Positions 30,344 through 39,781 of a DNA stretch of 64,000 nt are shown piece by piece. Source of the DNA: Parcubacteria group bacterium (lineage in GTDB: Bacteria; Patescibacteriota; Minisyncoccia; Moranbacterales; UBA2206); assembly GCA_041661275.1 (NCBI GenBank), contig JBAZUU010000001.1, positions 101,057 through 165,056 of the forward strand, written 5' to 3'. Position 1 is the first letter of the stretch. The number at the start of each line of letters is the position of its first letter. A program made the position numbers and the translations under genes. The notes under the pieces are model-generated. The model did no database searches. It was given only the letters and a program-made list of their open reading frames with translations, and was not told the origin of the DNA.

Positions 30344-30889
30344 CTAGAACTGAACATTAACCACTTCCTTCTCCGAAGCTTCCGCCTGGAAGAAATCACG
30401 TTTGGTAAAATTCAGCATCCCGGCAAAGATATTGGTTGGAAAGACTTGAATTTTAGTATTGAAGTCGCGCACATTGCCATTGTAAAAGCGTCTGGCCGCC
30501 ATAATTTTGTCTTCCGTGTCAGTCAGTTCTCTTTGCAATTCCAAAAAGTTTTGATTGGCTTTCAGATCTGGATAAGCTTCCGCGATAGCAAACAAACTTT
30601 TCAAAGCGCCTGAAAGCATATTTTCCGCCTGCCCTTTAGCTTCGGCCGTTCCTGCTCCCATAGCGGCAGCTCTGGCTTGCGTTACTTTTTCAAACACATC
30701 TTTCTCGTGCGCTGCATACCCCTTTACTGTGTTTACAAGATTTGGAATCAAATCGTGTCGGCGTTTCAGTTGCACGTCAATGTCACTCCAGGCTTCGTCA
30801 ACCCGATTTTTGAGTCTGACAAGCCCGTTATACATGAAGATAATGCCGATGACGAGCACAATTACGATAATGAGCAATATTATTGCCAT
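30344..30889 (-). CDS. lemA: LemA family protein
   Basis: IDVQLKRRHDLIPNLV, EAYPDLKA, ARRFYN. Confidence 0.95.
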   Translation of the reverse strand: MAIILLIIVIVLVIGIIFMYNGLVRLKNRVDEAWSDIDVQLKRRHDLIPNLVNTVKGYAAHEKDVFEKVTQARAAAMGAGTAEAKGQAENMLSGALKSLFAIAEAYPDLKANQNFLELQRELTDTEDKIMAARRFYNGNVRDFNTKIQVFPTNIFAGMLNFTKRDFFQAEASEKEVVNVQF

Positions 30890-30897
30890 ATTCTTTT

Positions 30898-30964
30898 ATC
30901 CCCCACCACTTTTTCACTTTTTTTCTTCCGCGCCAAGGGCGCGAGTGAAAAAGTGGTGGGGGAT
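30898..30964. repeat. ATCCCCCACCACTTTTTCACT / AGTGAAAAAGTGGTGGGGGAT inverted repeat
   Basis: 21-bp perfect stem immediately upstream of the lemA ATG; related to 20175-20300. Confidence 0.7.
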
Positions 30965-31076
30965 GAATTATTTAATTACACTTAAATTGTACCAAAATGA
31001 CGATATATAGCAAACGCCTGCCCGATGTACCCAGGGTATGATATAATAATTATAGTTTTATAAATAATACAATTAT

Positions 31077-31556
31077 ATGATAGATATTTCTCAATACTAC
31101 GTATTTCTCATTCCTATCGCCATAGGAACTTTGATCCATGCCATCAAATTCATCCTTTATCTCCTGCGCCATGATTATAACTGGAAGCTGGCTATTGAAC
31201 ATGGCCTGACCTATGGCCATATGCCATCATCGCACACCGGTTTTGCCATCTCCCTCATAACTTCTGTCGGACACTACGAGGGAATCAGCACGGGAGCCTT
31301 TGCTGTCGCCGTAGCTTTGGCTATTTTTATTATTGACGACGCTATCCGGTTACGCATCCAGATGGGGCACCAGGCCAGATATATGAATATTATGACCCAA
31401 AAACTGGAGCTTGACCCGAAGGAATTCCCACGCCTGAAAGAACGAGTGGGACATAAAAAAATAGAAGTGCTGGTGGGTGGAATATTAGGACTTTTGTTTA
31501 CTCTCGCATTGATACGACTTTTAGAAATTTACCCTTTGCCTATTATAACTTTTTAA
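31077..31556 (+). CDS. Divergent PAP2 family (DUF212) protein
   Basis: GHMPSSH, DA..LR...G, LKERVGH..EVLVG. Confidence 0.9.
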   Translation: MIDISQYYVFLIPIAIGTLIHAIKFILYLLRHDYNWKLAIEHGLTYGHMPSSHTGFAISLITSVGHYEGISTGAFAVAVALAIFIIDDAIRLRIQMGHQARYMNIMTQKLELDPKEFPRLKERVGHKKIEVLVGGILGLLFTLALIRLLEIYPLPIITF

Positions 31557-32847
31557 GTTCTTCGAGAATTACTTTTTTATCATTCCAAGGAATCATTTTG
31601 CTTCCAATCATCATCATTTCTTCCGCTCCCTTTCCAGTGACTAAAAAAATATCATGAGGTTTTGCAAGTTGCAGAGCCTTTTTTATCGCTTCTCTTCGGT
31701 CTAAAATTTTCCAGAAGTTTTCATTTTCTTTTTTGTTTTTTACACCACTCGCCACTTCATCAATTATTTTTTGTGGATCTTCAGTGTATGGATCTTCGTT
31801 AGTAACGATTATATAATCAGCGTATTTGTCGACAATTTCACCCATTAACGGCCTCTTTCCGCGATCTCGGTCGCCGCAAGAACCAAAAACAGCGATTATT
31901 TTAGACATCCGATGTCCTTCGGTGTTTTGGACATCGGATGTCCTTGAAGTTGAAATCATAGAATATAGTTTTTCCAGGCTATCCGGTGTCAGGGCATAAT
32001 CGATTATGATATTCAGATTTTTATCGTTAGGAACCCTGTCCATCCGTCCTGGCACCACTTTTATTTTTTCGAGCGCCCGGGACATTGTTTCCGGACTGAT
32101 ATGTTCGCTTAGTCCTACGCAAATGGCCGCCAACGCATTTTCAATATTAAACTCCCCCGGCAGATTTAATTTATATTTCACGCCTTCCACTTCAAATTCC
32201 GATCCATCTACATTTGTTTTTATATTTTTCGCTTTCACGGCGATCACGTGTCCGCAATCAAAACCGGAACAGTCCACATCATTTTTAGTGTAACCATATT
32301 TTTCCGGAATATTATATAAAAGATAATCTTTCGGCCTTTTCATCTCCAAATTCACTATCCCCACTTGCGCGCAGCAAAATAATTTATATTTAGCGATCCG
32401 ATATTCATCTATTGTTTTGTGATAATCTAAATGTTCGCGAGTAACGTTTGTAATTACCGCCGTTTTGTATTTCACGCCCCACGTCCGGTACTGATCAAGA
32501 GCATGGGAAGAAGTTTCTAAGATTAAATATTTGCATTTGGCATCCACTGCTTTTTTAATAAATTTCTGGAGGGATTTGCTGGACATAGTGGTGAATTTTG
32601 TTTTATTCACCCATTCTTTTTCGCTGATCTTGAAATTTATAGTAGAAATCATCGCCACTTTCGCGCCTGATTCTTCCAAAATTTTAGCAATCATCTGACA
32701 AGTGGTTGTTTTGCCATTAGTTCCAGTAACACCGATAACGGTCAGTTTTCTTGACGGAAAAGCATACAAAATATTAGCTGCTATCGCTTGCAATAGATGG
32801 TAATAATTTTTCAATCTTTGCGGTATAAGAAGTTTTAACTTTTGCAT
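31543..32847 (-). CDS. murE: UDP-MurNAc-tripeptide ligase
   Basis: GVTGTNGKTT, ETSSHAL, TNVTREHLDYH, PGR, GDRDRGKR. Confidence 0.92.
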   Translation of the reverse strand: MQKLKLLIPQRLKNYYHLLQAIAANILYAFPSRKLTVIGVTGTNGKTTTCQMIAKILEESGAKVAMISTINFKISEKEWVNKTKFTTMSSKSLQKFIKKAVDAKCKYLILETSSHALDQYRTWGVKYKTAVITNVTREHLDYHKTIDEYRIAKYKLFCCAQVGIVNLEMKRPKDYLLYNIPEKYGYTKNDVDCSGFDCGHVIAVKAKNIKTNVDGSEFEVEGVKYKLNLPGEFNIENALAAICVGLSEHISPETMSRALEKIKVVPGRMDRVPNDKNLNIIIDYALTPDSLEKLYSMISTSRTSDVQNTEGHRMSKIIAVFGSCGDRDRGKRPLMGEIVDKYADYIIVTNEDPYTEDPQKIIDEVASGVKNKKENENFWKILDRREAIKKALQLAKPHDIFLVTGKGAEEMMMIGSKMIPWNDKKVILEELKKL

Positions 32848-32970
32848 AATTTTAAATTTTTAATCTGAAATTTGAAATGAATTTTAAATGATTTAATTTA
32901 AAATTAAAACATTTTAATAATTTAAAATTGATTAAAAATTAAAAATTCTAAATTAAAAATTGAACGAGGC

Positions 32971-34047
32971 CTATTTTATTAGATTTTTTAACCTTTGAAT
33001 ATTTCTGTACAGCCAATATTTCCTGGAATTTATTATGATATCATAGCTTCCTGGAAATTCTGTCGGTCGAGTGTTCGGCGAAAATCCCAACTTAAACCGC
33101 GTAATTCCCGCCCATTTATTCGTAATTCGTACATTCATACTTGATTCGCCTGCCTGCCGGCGAGGCAGGTAATTCGTAGAGATCCCTCCAAAATCATATC
33201 TTTCGCATCCCGCCACCTTAGCATCCTGAATTTGCTGCCACTGCAAAAGAAACGGAGCCATAACGTTCCGATACTCATCATCTGATGCTCCATGGAGATA
33301 GGTGCAAGTTTTTCCATAAAATATCACGATATTAGCCGCAATTATTTGGTTGTTATATTCAGCAATATATAATTTTAAGATGTTTTTCGGAATAACTTCC
33401 AACATTTTTCGATAATAGCTTTCTGGATGCGCTTCAATTCCCTGTCTTTTGGCCATTATCTGAGTTAGTTTCAAAAAATTTTCTATAAGATTATTGTTCG
33501 TTGTTCCTTGTTCACTGGTCACTGCCACTCCGTGTTTCTGAGCTACTTTTATGTTATATCGGGTCTTCGATTTCATTTCCGCGAGCAACTGCTCTTCCGG
33601 CTTTGTTACATTGATAATAAACAGCTCTCTCGGCTGCATATCATGTGGGGCTTTTTTTATCTTGCAAGTAGTATTACTCTCGATTGCTTCTAAAATTTCA
33701 TTTGTTGCCGGCTCAACCCTTATCCATCCGATATTATTATTTTTCGCCAAATCAATCAAATCTCTTAATTGATCCCTGATCATTGATCTTTGATCATTGA
33801 CTACTGGCCCACGAGGAATATAAAAATACTTTCCTACAATCGGAAGCATGTGCTCAATAATACTGGCATGAAAAAAAATATCCCCCTCGCCCGCTTGCGG
33901 GAGAGGGTGGCCGGAGGCCGGGTGAGGGAAAGAAACATTATATGTTTTCCGCCCAACGCTTTCTTGAAATTTCCGCCACTCGCTCGACTGCAAAAAGCCT
34001 CCATCGGGAGAATTTTGTTGAACAAAAGTGATTTCTTCTCTATCCAT
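32971..34047 (-). CDS. FemABX peptidoglycan bridge peptidyltransferase
   Basis: FLQSSEW, YIPRGP, KTRYNI, YDFGG, GITRFKLGF. Confidence 0.92.
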   Translation of the reverse strand: MDREEITFVQQNSPDGGFLQSSEWRKFQESVGRKTYNVSFPHPASGHPLPQAGEGDIFFHASIIEHMLPIVGKYFYIPRGPVVNDQRSMIRDQLRDLIDLAKNNNIGWIRVEPATNEILEAIESNTTCKIKKAPHDMQPRELFIINVTKPEEQLLAEMKSKTRYNIKVAQKHGVAVTSEQGTTNNNLIENFLKLTQIMAKRQGIEAHPESYYRKMLEVIPKNILKLYIAEYNNQIIAANIVIFYGKTCTYLHGASDDEYRNVMAPFLLQWQQIQDAKVAGCERYDFGGISTNYLPRRQAGESSMNVRITNKWAGITRFKLGFSPNTRPTEFPGSYDIIINSRKYWLYRNIQRLKNLIK

Positions 34048-34055
34048 TAATTTAT

Positions 34056-34697
34056 CTAAAATAGTTTGCTTAATTCTGCTAAAACCTTTTTAGAAATATA
34101 CTCATGCCCCTGCTGATTAGAATGCAAGCCATCCCTGTAAAGATATTTCTTCTTCCATTCATCATCAGTTACACCAATGTCAACAAAAATTATTTCTTTT
34201 TCCAGACATATTTTTTTTGTATATTTTTGAAACTCTTTTTTCCTCGCATTGGTAAAATATGATTTTCTGCCATCGAAGGGACTAGTCTTTGGATTGGTTT
34301 TGGACTCGTCGTAAAAACCGCTTCCAACCATTATCACATGATTGCTAGATTTTTTAAGAAATTCTAGCAAATTATTCATCTCTTTAACATATTCTTCCAC
34401 TGAGGAAACAAAATTATCAGGTTCATCTTTTGCTTTGGCATTATTCCCTCCTATTGAAACCACGATTATTATTTCCCCGCCCCGACTATATCGTTTTAAT
34501 TGTTCAGGAAAACTATCTCTCACAAAATCAATAGTTGCACCAGAAAACCCAAAATTATAAATTTCATACTTCTCGCCGATTCCATTTTCAGAGTACATCT
34601 TTTTGTGAAGGGCTTGCTTAACCAAATCTGCCCAGCCTGAGGTTTCAGCTCCAACTCCATATACATGACTCGAACCAAGTAAAAAAATTTGAATCAT
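34056..34697 (-). CDS. SGNH/GDSL hydrolase
   Basis: LGSSHVYG block I, NFGFSG, IGGN, DGLH; start MIQI at 34697 (the longer ORF overlaps a tRNA). Confidence 0.85.
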   Translation of the reverse strand: MIQIFLLGSSHVYGVGAETSGWADLVKQALHKKMYSENGIGEKYEIYNFGFSGATIDFVRDSFPEQLKRYSRGGEIIIVVSIGGNNAKAKDEPDNFVSSVEEYVKEMNNLLEFLKKSSNHVIMVGSGFYDESKTNPKTSPFDGRKSYFTNARKKEFQKYTKKICLEKEIIFVDIGVTDDEWKKKYLYRDGLHSNQQGHEYISKKVLAELSKLF

Positions 34698-34716
34698 AAA
34701 AATATATATTAAAATG

Positions 34717-34788
34717 AGCGGGTAGCGGGAGTCGAACCCGCATCTTAACCTTGGGAAGGTCACATAATAGCCGCTATACGATACCCGC
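34717..34788 (-). tRNA. tRNA-Gly (CCC)
   Basis: GCGGGTA/TACCCGC acceptor stem, TGACC-TTCCCAA-GGTTA anticodon arm, GTTCGACTC. Confidence 0.95.
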
Positions 34789-34816
34789 AGGTCCGCCCAG
34801 GGGGACGGACTGTTTA

Positions 34817-35416
34817 TTACAAAGATTTATCATTCATTCCGCCTCCAACTGAATCTGACGAAGATCCAGAAGCAGAATCTTCCGATCCCGTCACCTGCAC
34901 CGAAGTTTTTCCTTGCCACTTCTCATCTTCGCTCACTCCGATAATTATTGCTATATTTTGTGTTCCTTTTTTGTAATTAGTGATCTTTGAAGTACCAATA
35001 GTCATTTCGGTTTTTGTGTCTGCTGCCCAGCCCTTACTTTCTAAATCACTTTTATACTTGCCGTATATTTCATCCACACTCATGCTGGTAATATAGGCAA
35101 CAGAATAACTCTTGTCTTTCCCGTTAGCCATAGAAAGTTGAATTTTGGCGTCCGTTGCAATAAAAATATCTTTTGGAAAATCCGCGGAGAGTGTTGCTGT
35201 TCCTTCGCCTGACATAGAAAAATCTCCTTCATTTGATTTAATATTCATCTGTCCTTTGTCTGAATTAATATCCACACTTCCCCCTGTTTGCGACTCAATG
35301 GATTTCTCCATTATTTTCTCTCCCGCTTTTTTCCCCGCCCAGTCCGTGAGACCGCAGCCGGAAAGAAGCAATACCGCTCCAAGCGTCATAGCGCTGACAG
35401 CAATTTTTTGTTTCAT
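34817..35416 (-). CDS. Lipoprotein
   Basis: Lipobox LSGC; DFPKDI...L..KGW pattern. Confidence 0.8.
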   Translation of the reverse strand: MKQKIAVSAMTLGAVLLLSGCGLTDWAGKKAGEKIMEKSIESQTGGSVDINSDKGQMNIKSNEGDFSMSGEGTATLSADFPKDIFIATDAKIQLSMANGKDKSYSVAYITSMSVDEIYGKYKSDLESKGWAADTKTEMTIGTSKITNYKKGTQNIAIIIGVSEDEKWQGKTSVQVTGSEDSASGSSSDSVGGGMNDKSL

Positions 35417-35433
35417 ATTTTTATTATTAAAAA

Positions 35434-36006
35434 TTATTTCTTTCCCAAATTCTTCAACGCCTCTCGTATCCTTTGCCCCACATCTTTCACGTCTGTCGGC
35501 ACCATCTTGAGCGCGTCCCTGGCTTCAGCAATACCATACCCCATAGAAACGAGCGCCTCAATAGCATCGCTATCTATAACCACATCTTCCTTATCAGAAG
35601 TCGACATATCCGCCACCTTGTTTTTAAGTTCGAGTATAACACGCTCGGCCGTTTTTTTACCAATCCCGGAAACTTTGGTAAGAATTGACGGATCTTCATT
35701 AAGAATAGCCGTCCTGATAGTTTTTGGTGTGGCAATAGACAAGATGCCCATCGAAGCCTTAGGGCCAATGCCAGAGATGGAAATTAAAAGTTCAAACATT
35801 TCTTTTTCTTCAAGTGTCAAAAAGCCATAAAGCGCCAATATGTCTTCCCGGACATAAGTATATGTAAACAGATCAACTTCCTTCATCGCTGATACTTTTC
35901 CAAAAGTATAAACGCTCAAATACACCTTGTATCCGACATCATGCACATCCACCACGACGTAATTGTCTTTTATATATTCAATTTTTCCTTTGAGCTTGGC
36001 AATCAT
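35434..36006 (-). CDS. ruvA: Holliday junction branch migration protein RuvA
   Basis: VGYKV, REDILALYGF, SGIGPK, GIGKKTAERVILEL. Confidence 0.97.
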   Translation of the reverse strand: MIAKLKGKIEYIKDNYVVVDVHDVGYKVYLSVYTFGKVSAMKEVDLFTYTYVREDILALYGFLTLEEKEMFELLISISGIGPKASMGILSIATPKTIRTAILNEDPSILTKVSGIGKKTAERVILELKNKVADMSTSDKEDVVIDSDAIEALVSMGYGIAEARDALKMVPTDVKDVGQRIREALKNLGKK

Positions 36007-37193
36007 AATTTTTTCTTCTCCATCACCATATTATAGTACTGCTCGCCATGTTTTTCAAAAGGATTATCCCTATCAATGACAAGCCCTTGCTTTTCATACA
36101 TTGAAATGGCAGGATTTGAGACGCGCGTAATGGCTTTTATCCTAAACTGCCTCGCCATTTCCGGCAAAACCGAACCAGTGAAATATTTGCCAATGCATAA
36201 ACTATTCACTTCTTGGTCAACATTCAAAGATCCGGCGTAAACTTCCTCGTCATTTAATTTCTCAAACCGGCAAAAAGCCGCCAGCTTATCCTGAAATTTC
36301 AGAGTATAGACGATCTGTCCCGATAGCCCATCATCCATTTCTTTTTTAAAATCCCCGATGACCGCCTCCGCCGCTTTTGGATTATCTGGAAAAACCACTT
36401 CCCGATAATTTTTTTCCACCATCTTCAACATTTCCTCTTTTTCCTCCTCGCTCAATTTTATTTCCTGGCCATTTTCATCATTATCGCCAATGACTCTTCT
36501 TTCCAATTTCAGGTTTTTTATCATTTCAAAATCGATTTTCTCTCCCGCTGCTTTGGCTGATTTCAGCATTATTGAAAGCATTATTATATCAGCATGATGA
36601 TCTTTTTCTAGTCTCTCATATAGATCCTTTATTCTATTTTCTTCTTCAGCATTATTAATTTCTTGAAATATTTCGGTAAGGATATAGGCGTATAAAAAAT
36701 ATTCAGATTTTTCGAGGCCTTTTGACGAAATATAATCTATAATATCCTTTGAGGTCTTGAAAGCATCTCCCTTTTTAAAAATTTCCAAACAATCTTCTGA
36801 ATATTTAAAAAAGAAATTCTCGTCTTTTTTTATTTCACTCAACACAAATTCGGATGATTTATTGTCCTTATTTATCTCCGCCAGCTGATGCAAAATATTT
36901 TTATTATTTCTGGCTAAATTACCGGACTTATCCATCACTATCATTTCTTGCTGTATTGTTTTTTTTATCTGTTCATTCGCTTCCGGAAACCATCTCTGGA
37001 TATCCTCATTAATAGCCAATTGTTCATCGGAAATATAGTGCTTTTCGCCATTTTCAATTAGATCCCTAATTTTCATTTCATTCTCCTCGAAGGTTTTAAT
37101 TAAGGCCAACCTCCGAGATTCATTGGTTCCAAGTTTATTTTCAATCGTTTTTGATTGTTCTCTTATTGGCCATTCGTTCATAATTGCTTTCAA
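36003..37193 (-). CDS. Hypothetical protein with C-terminal GNAT-like domain
   Basis: AGSLNV...IGK, NPAISMYEKQG; ATGA overlap with ruvA. Confidence 0.7.
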   Translation of the reverse strand: MKAIMNEWPIREQSKTIENKLGTNESRRLALIKTFEENEMKIRDLIENGEKHYISDEQLAINEDIQRWFPEANEQIKKTIQQEMIVMDKSGNLARNNKNILHQLAEINKDNKSSEFVLSEIKKDENFFFKYSEDCLEIFKKGDAFKTSKDIIDYISSKGLEKSEYFLYAYILTEIFQEINNAEEENRIKDLYERLEKDHHADIIMLSIMLKSAKAAGEKIDFEMIKNLKLERRVIGDNDENGQEIKLSEEEKEEMLKMVEKNYREVVFPDNPKAAEAVIGDFKKEMDDGLSGQIVYTLKFQDKLAAFCRFEKLNDEEVYAGSLNVDQEVNSLCIGKYFTGSVLPEMARQFRIKAITRVSNPAISMYEKQGLVIDRDNPFEKHGEQYYNMVMEKKKL

Positions 37194-37229
37194 TGATTAC
37201 ATCCCAATAATACCATCCGTCAGAAATAA

Positions 37230-37270
37230 TAAAAAGAGGCGAGAATTGCTTGTGGTAAGCATACTCGCCT
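37230..37270 (-). terminator. Intrinsic terminator (minus strand)
   Basis: AGGCGAG...TGCTT-acca-caAGCA...CTCGCCT followed by CTTTTTATT. Confidence 0.65.
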
Positions 37271-38178
37271 ATTTGTGGTTTTACGCCGATTGTTTCATTT
37301 CTTTAGGAGCGGCGATATCTCCTTTTTGGGTGTAGCTCACAATGAGTTACACCCATTCGTCCTCTTTGTCAAAGAGGACGCAGCTCTTTCTTTCAAACCC
37401 GTGCGGACAACCCTCGCAAGAGGGCTACCCACACGGCGCAGGCTGGCGGCACGGGCACTCGTCCGAGTGCTCGTACAGCCAGCATCTGCTTGTTACCTGA
37501 TCCTCCCGGGCCCAATACTGGCGCCCGGGAACCCAATCGTAATCCTCACCGGTAAACACGTGTTTACCGGCTTCCTGAAATAAGTGCATTATTTCCATTT
37601 TTCCTCCTCGCCCCGACTCGCGTCGGGGCATTTTGATTGTTTTTCTCACCTCACCCACCCAAAATAATTTTTCCAAATTATCTTAAGTGGATGAGGGAGA
37701 ATTTCTCAAAGAACTCCTGGATTAACGATATAATCCACAAAAATGCCAGTGATATCATTTGATTTAAGAGAAGAGAGAGTTTCTTTAGCAAAATCAAATT
37801 AGCGATATCACTGGCATATTTCCAGAGACGAATTATTTATTCATCCTGGACTCTCTTCCCTTAGACGCAATAAATTGCGTCTCTACGATATTCGATTTTT
37901 AAATTTCAGCTTTATTAGAAAGCCTGCTCCTAGTTCCAAATGAATTGGAACTAGGGACCACTTTCTATCCCGACGATGGCTCGTTCGGGAGAGAAACAGA
38001 TTTGTTATCCATTCATCCGCTATCTTTTGAGAATCTCTCTTCTCTTGGATGAATATTGTATACCCTCTGTTTCCAGTGCCATTTATAGGCCTCTTTCATC
38101 TTAGGGATAATCGAGACACTATTTATATGTAATGTACGTTGGTTACGTTTGCTCTCTCTTCCCTATCTCATCGTAACA
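37230..38178 (-). ncRNA. Candidate large structured ncRNA (family not recognised)
   Basis: About 17 stem-loops, complementary purine/pyrimidine loops, flanking promoter and terminator, no convincing long ORF. Confidence 0.55.
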
Positions 38179-38182
38179 ACAC

Positions 38183-38211
38183 AGTATATCATAAAAAAAC
38201 CAAATTGTAAA
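38183..38211 (-). promoter_or_regulatory. Sigma-70 promoter facing into the structured region
   Basis: TTTACA-17 bp-TATACT with extended -10 TG on the minus strand. Confidence 0.65.
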
Positions 38212-38306
38212 TAATATTAGGTACATTTTTACGGTTTTGTTACTATTTTACCTTACATAAAACATTATTTTGGCTTATTATCGTTTATATATTGTCATAA
38301 TTGATA

Positions 38307-38335
38307 TTGACATTTTTCTCGCCGTATGCTATAAT
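38307..38335 (+). promoter_or_regulatory. Sigma-70 promoter of the ORF6N gene
   Basis: TTGACA-17 bp-TATAAT with extended TG. Confidence 0.75.
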
Positions 38336-38362
38336 GGCTATATAAAGCCATAAAATAAAACT

Positions 38363-38878
38363 ATGCCTGAAGTAAGCCAACAATTAATCCCCCACGAGCG
38401 GATAATCGACAAAATATACCTAATAAGAGGCCAAAAAGTTATGTTTGATAGAGATTTGGCTGAACTTTATGGAGTAGAAACAAGAGCTTTAAAACAGGCA
38501 GTAAAAAGAAACATAAAGCGCTTTCCGATCGACTTCATGTTTCAGTTAAATAAGAAGGAGTTGGAAATTTGGAGATCACAAATTGTGATGTCCAAAGGCG
38601 ACCAAAAGGGATTAAGATGGCTGCCCATCGTATTCACTGAACAAGGAGTTACTATGCTTTCGGCAGTGCTTAAAAGCAAAACGGCTATAGCTATAAGCAT
38701 TCAGATAGTCAGAACATTCGTTAAGCTTCGCGAAATGTTGGCAACCCACAAAGAAATGCGCGAAAAGATTGAAAAATTAGAAAAGAGCCAAAATAAAAAC
38801 TTTAAAATTATTTTTGAAATAATCGCTCGTCTAATGAAAGAGGACGCGCTGCCAAAAGAGAAAATTGGATTCAAGTAA
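38363..38878 (+). CDS. ORF6N domain DNA-binding protein
   Basis: IRGQKVMFDRDLAELYGV, QAVKRNIKRFPIDFMFQL, FTEQGVTMLS. Confidence 0.92.
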   Translation: MPEVSQQLIPHERIIDKIYLIRGQKVMFDRDLAELYGVETRALKQAVKRNIKRFPIDFMFQLNKKELEIWRSQIVMSKGDQKGLRWLPIVFTEQGVTMLSAVLKSKTAIAISIQIVRTFVKLREMLATHKEMREKIEKLEKSQNKNFKIIFEIIARLMKEDALPKEKIGFK

Positions 38879-38891
38879 AAACGCACGCTAT

Positions 38892-39659
38892 ATGATTCAA
38901 GAGCAATTGCAAAATTTTGGCCTAACTAAAGCCCAATCGGCTGTTTTAGGCTATCTATTGGAGAATAAAGAGGCTAAAGCCAGCTTGATTGCTCGATCTA
39001 CCAGCCACCCGAGGGGCGTGGTGTACAAGGTATTGGAAGAACTATTGGCTATGGAGCTGGTGGAAAAGCAGGAAAAAGAAGGCCAGATCGCCCGTTTTCG
39101 CGCCAGCCATCCTCAAAACATAGAAAAAGTGCTGGAAGAAAAAGAAAAGAAGCTGGAACAAAGCAAAAAGGCCTGGGCCGATCTCCTACCCCAGCTGGTT
39201 TCGAGCTATAATATGACACTTAATAAACCTGGCATTAAATTTTTCGAAGGCGAAGATGGATTTAAAAAGGTTCTTTACGATACACTTACTAGCAAATCAG
39301 AGGTCTATCTTTTCATTAATACCGAAGCTATGGAAGAAGAGGAAAAATTCAAGGAGATAAACGCTGAATATAAACAAAAAAGGATTAACGGAAAAATTGT
39401 AAAAAAAATATTGCGTGTTGGGAAAAAGCCAGAATTGACATTTGGAACAAGCAATGAAAAATACGACGCCATGACAGAAATAAGATACGCTGAAGAGTTG
39501 TCAAGCATATCTAAGGCAGCTATTCACATATATGACAATAAAATATCTTACCAGATAATTGATGGAGAAAAGATTATTGGCATTCTTATTGAAGACAAGA
39601 ATATATACGAGATGAACAAGGCCTGGTTTGAGATGATGTGGGAAACAGCCAAATCATAG
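38892..39659 (+). CDS. TrmB family transcriptional regulator
   Basis: N-terminal wHTH, KPGIKFFEGEDG, IYDNK, FEMMW. Confidence 0.88.
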   Translation: MIQEQLQNFGLTKAQSAVLGYLLENKEAKASLIARSTSHPRGVVYKVLEELLAMELVEKQEKEGQIARFRASHPQNIEKVLEEKEKKLEQSKKAWADLLPQLVSSYNMTLNKPGIKFFEGEDGFKKVLYDTLTSKSEVYLFINTEAMEEEEKFKEINAEYKQKRINGKIVKKILRVGKKPELTFGTSNEKYDAMTEIRYAEELSSISKAAIHIYDNKISYQIIDGEKIIGILIEDKNIYEMNKAWFEMMWETAKS

Positions 39660-39781
39660 CCGGCTCTTGCCAAAAATCAAAAGGCGTGCTAAAAATACTT
39701 AGTAACTATTACATACAGCATAGAACATAAAACATGGAACAAAAGATTGTTTCATGCTCCATGTTCCATGCTTCATGACTT

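Noticed and set aside
34698-34763. N-terminal extension of the SGNH ORF
   Set aside because: Overlaps tRNA-Gly; the real start is at 34697
37275-37583. 102-aa plus-strand ORF
   Set aside because: GTG start without RBS, no recognisable motif; explained by GC-rich hairpins
37230-38180. RNase P, tmRNA or group I/II intron identity for the structured region
   Set aside because: No GAGGAAAGUCC P4 signature, no tRNA-like ends and no recognisable intron core by eye; cmscan is still needed
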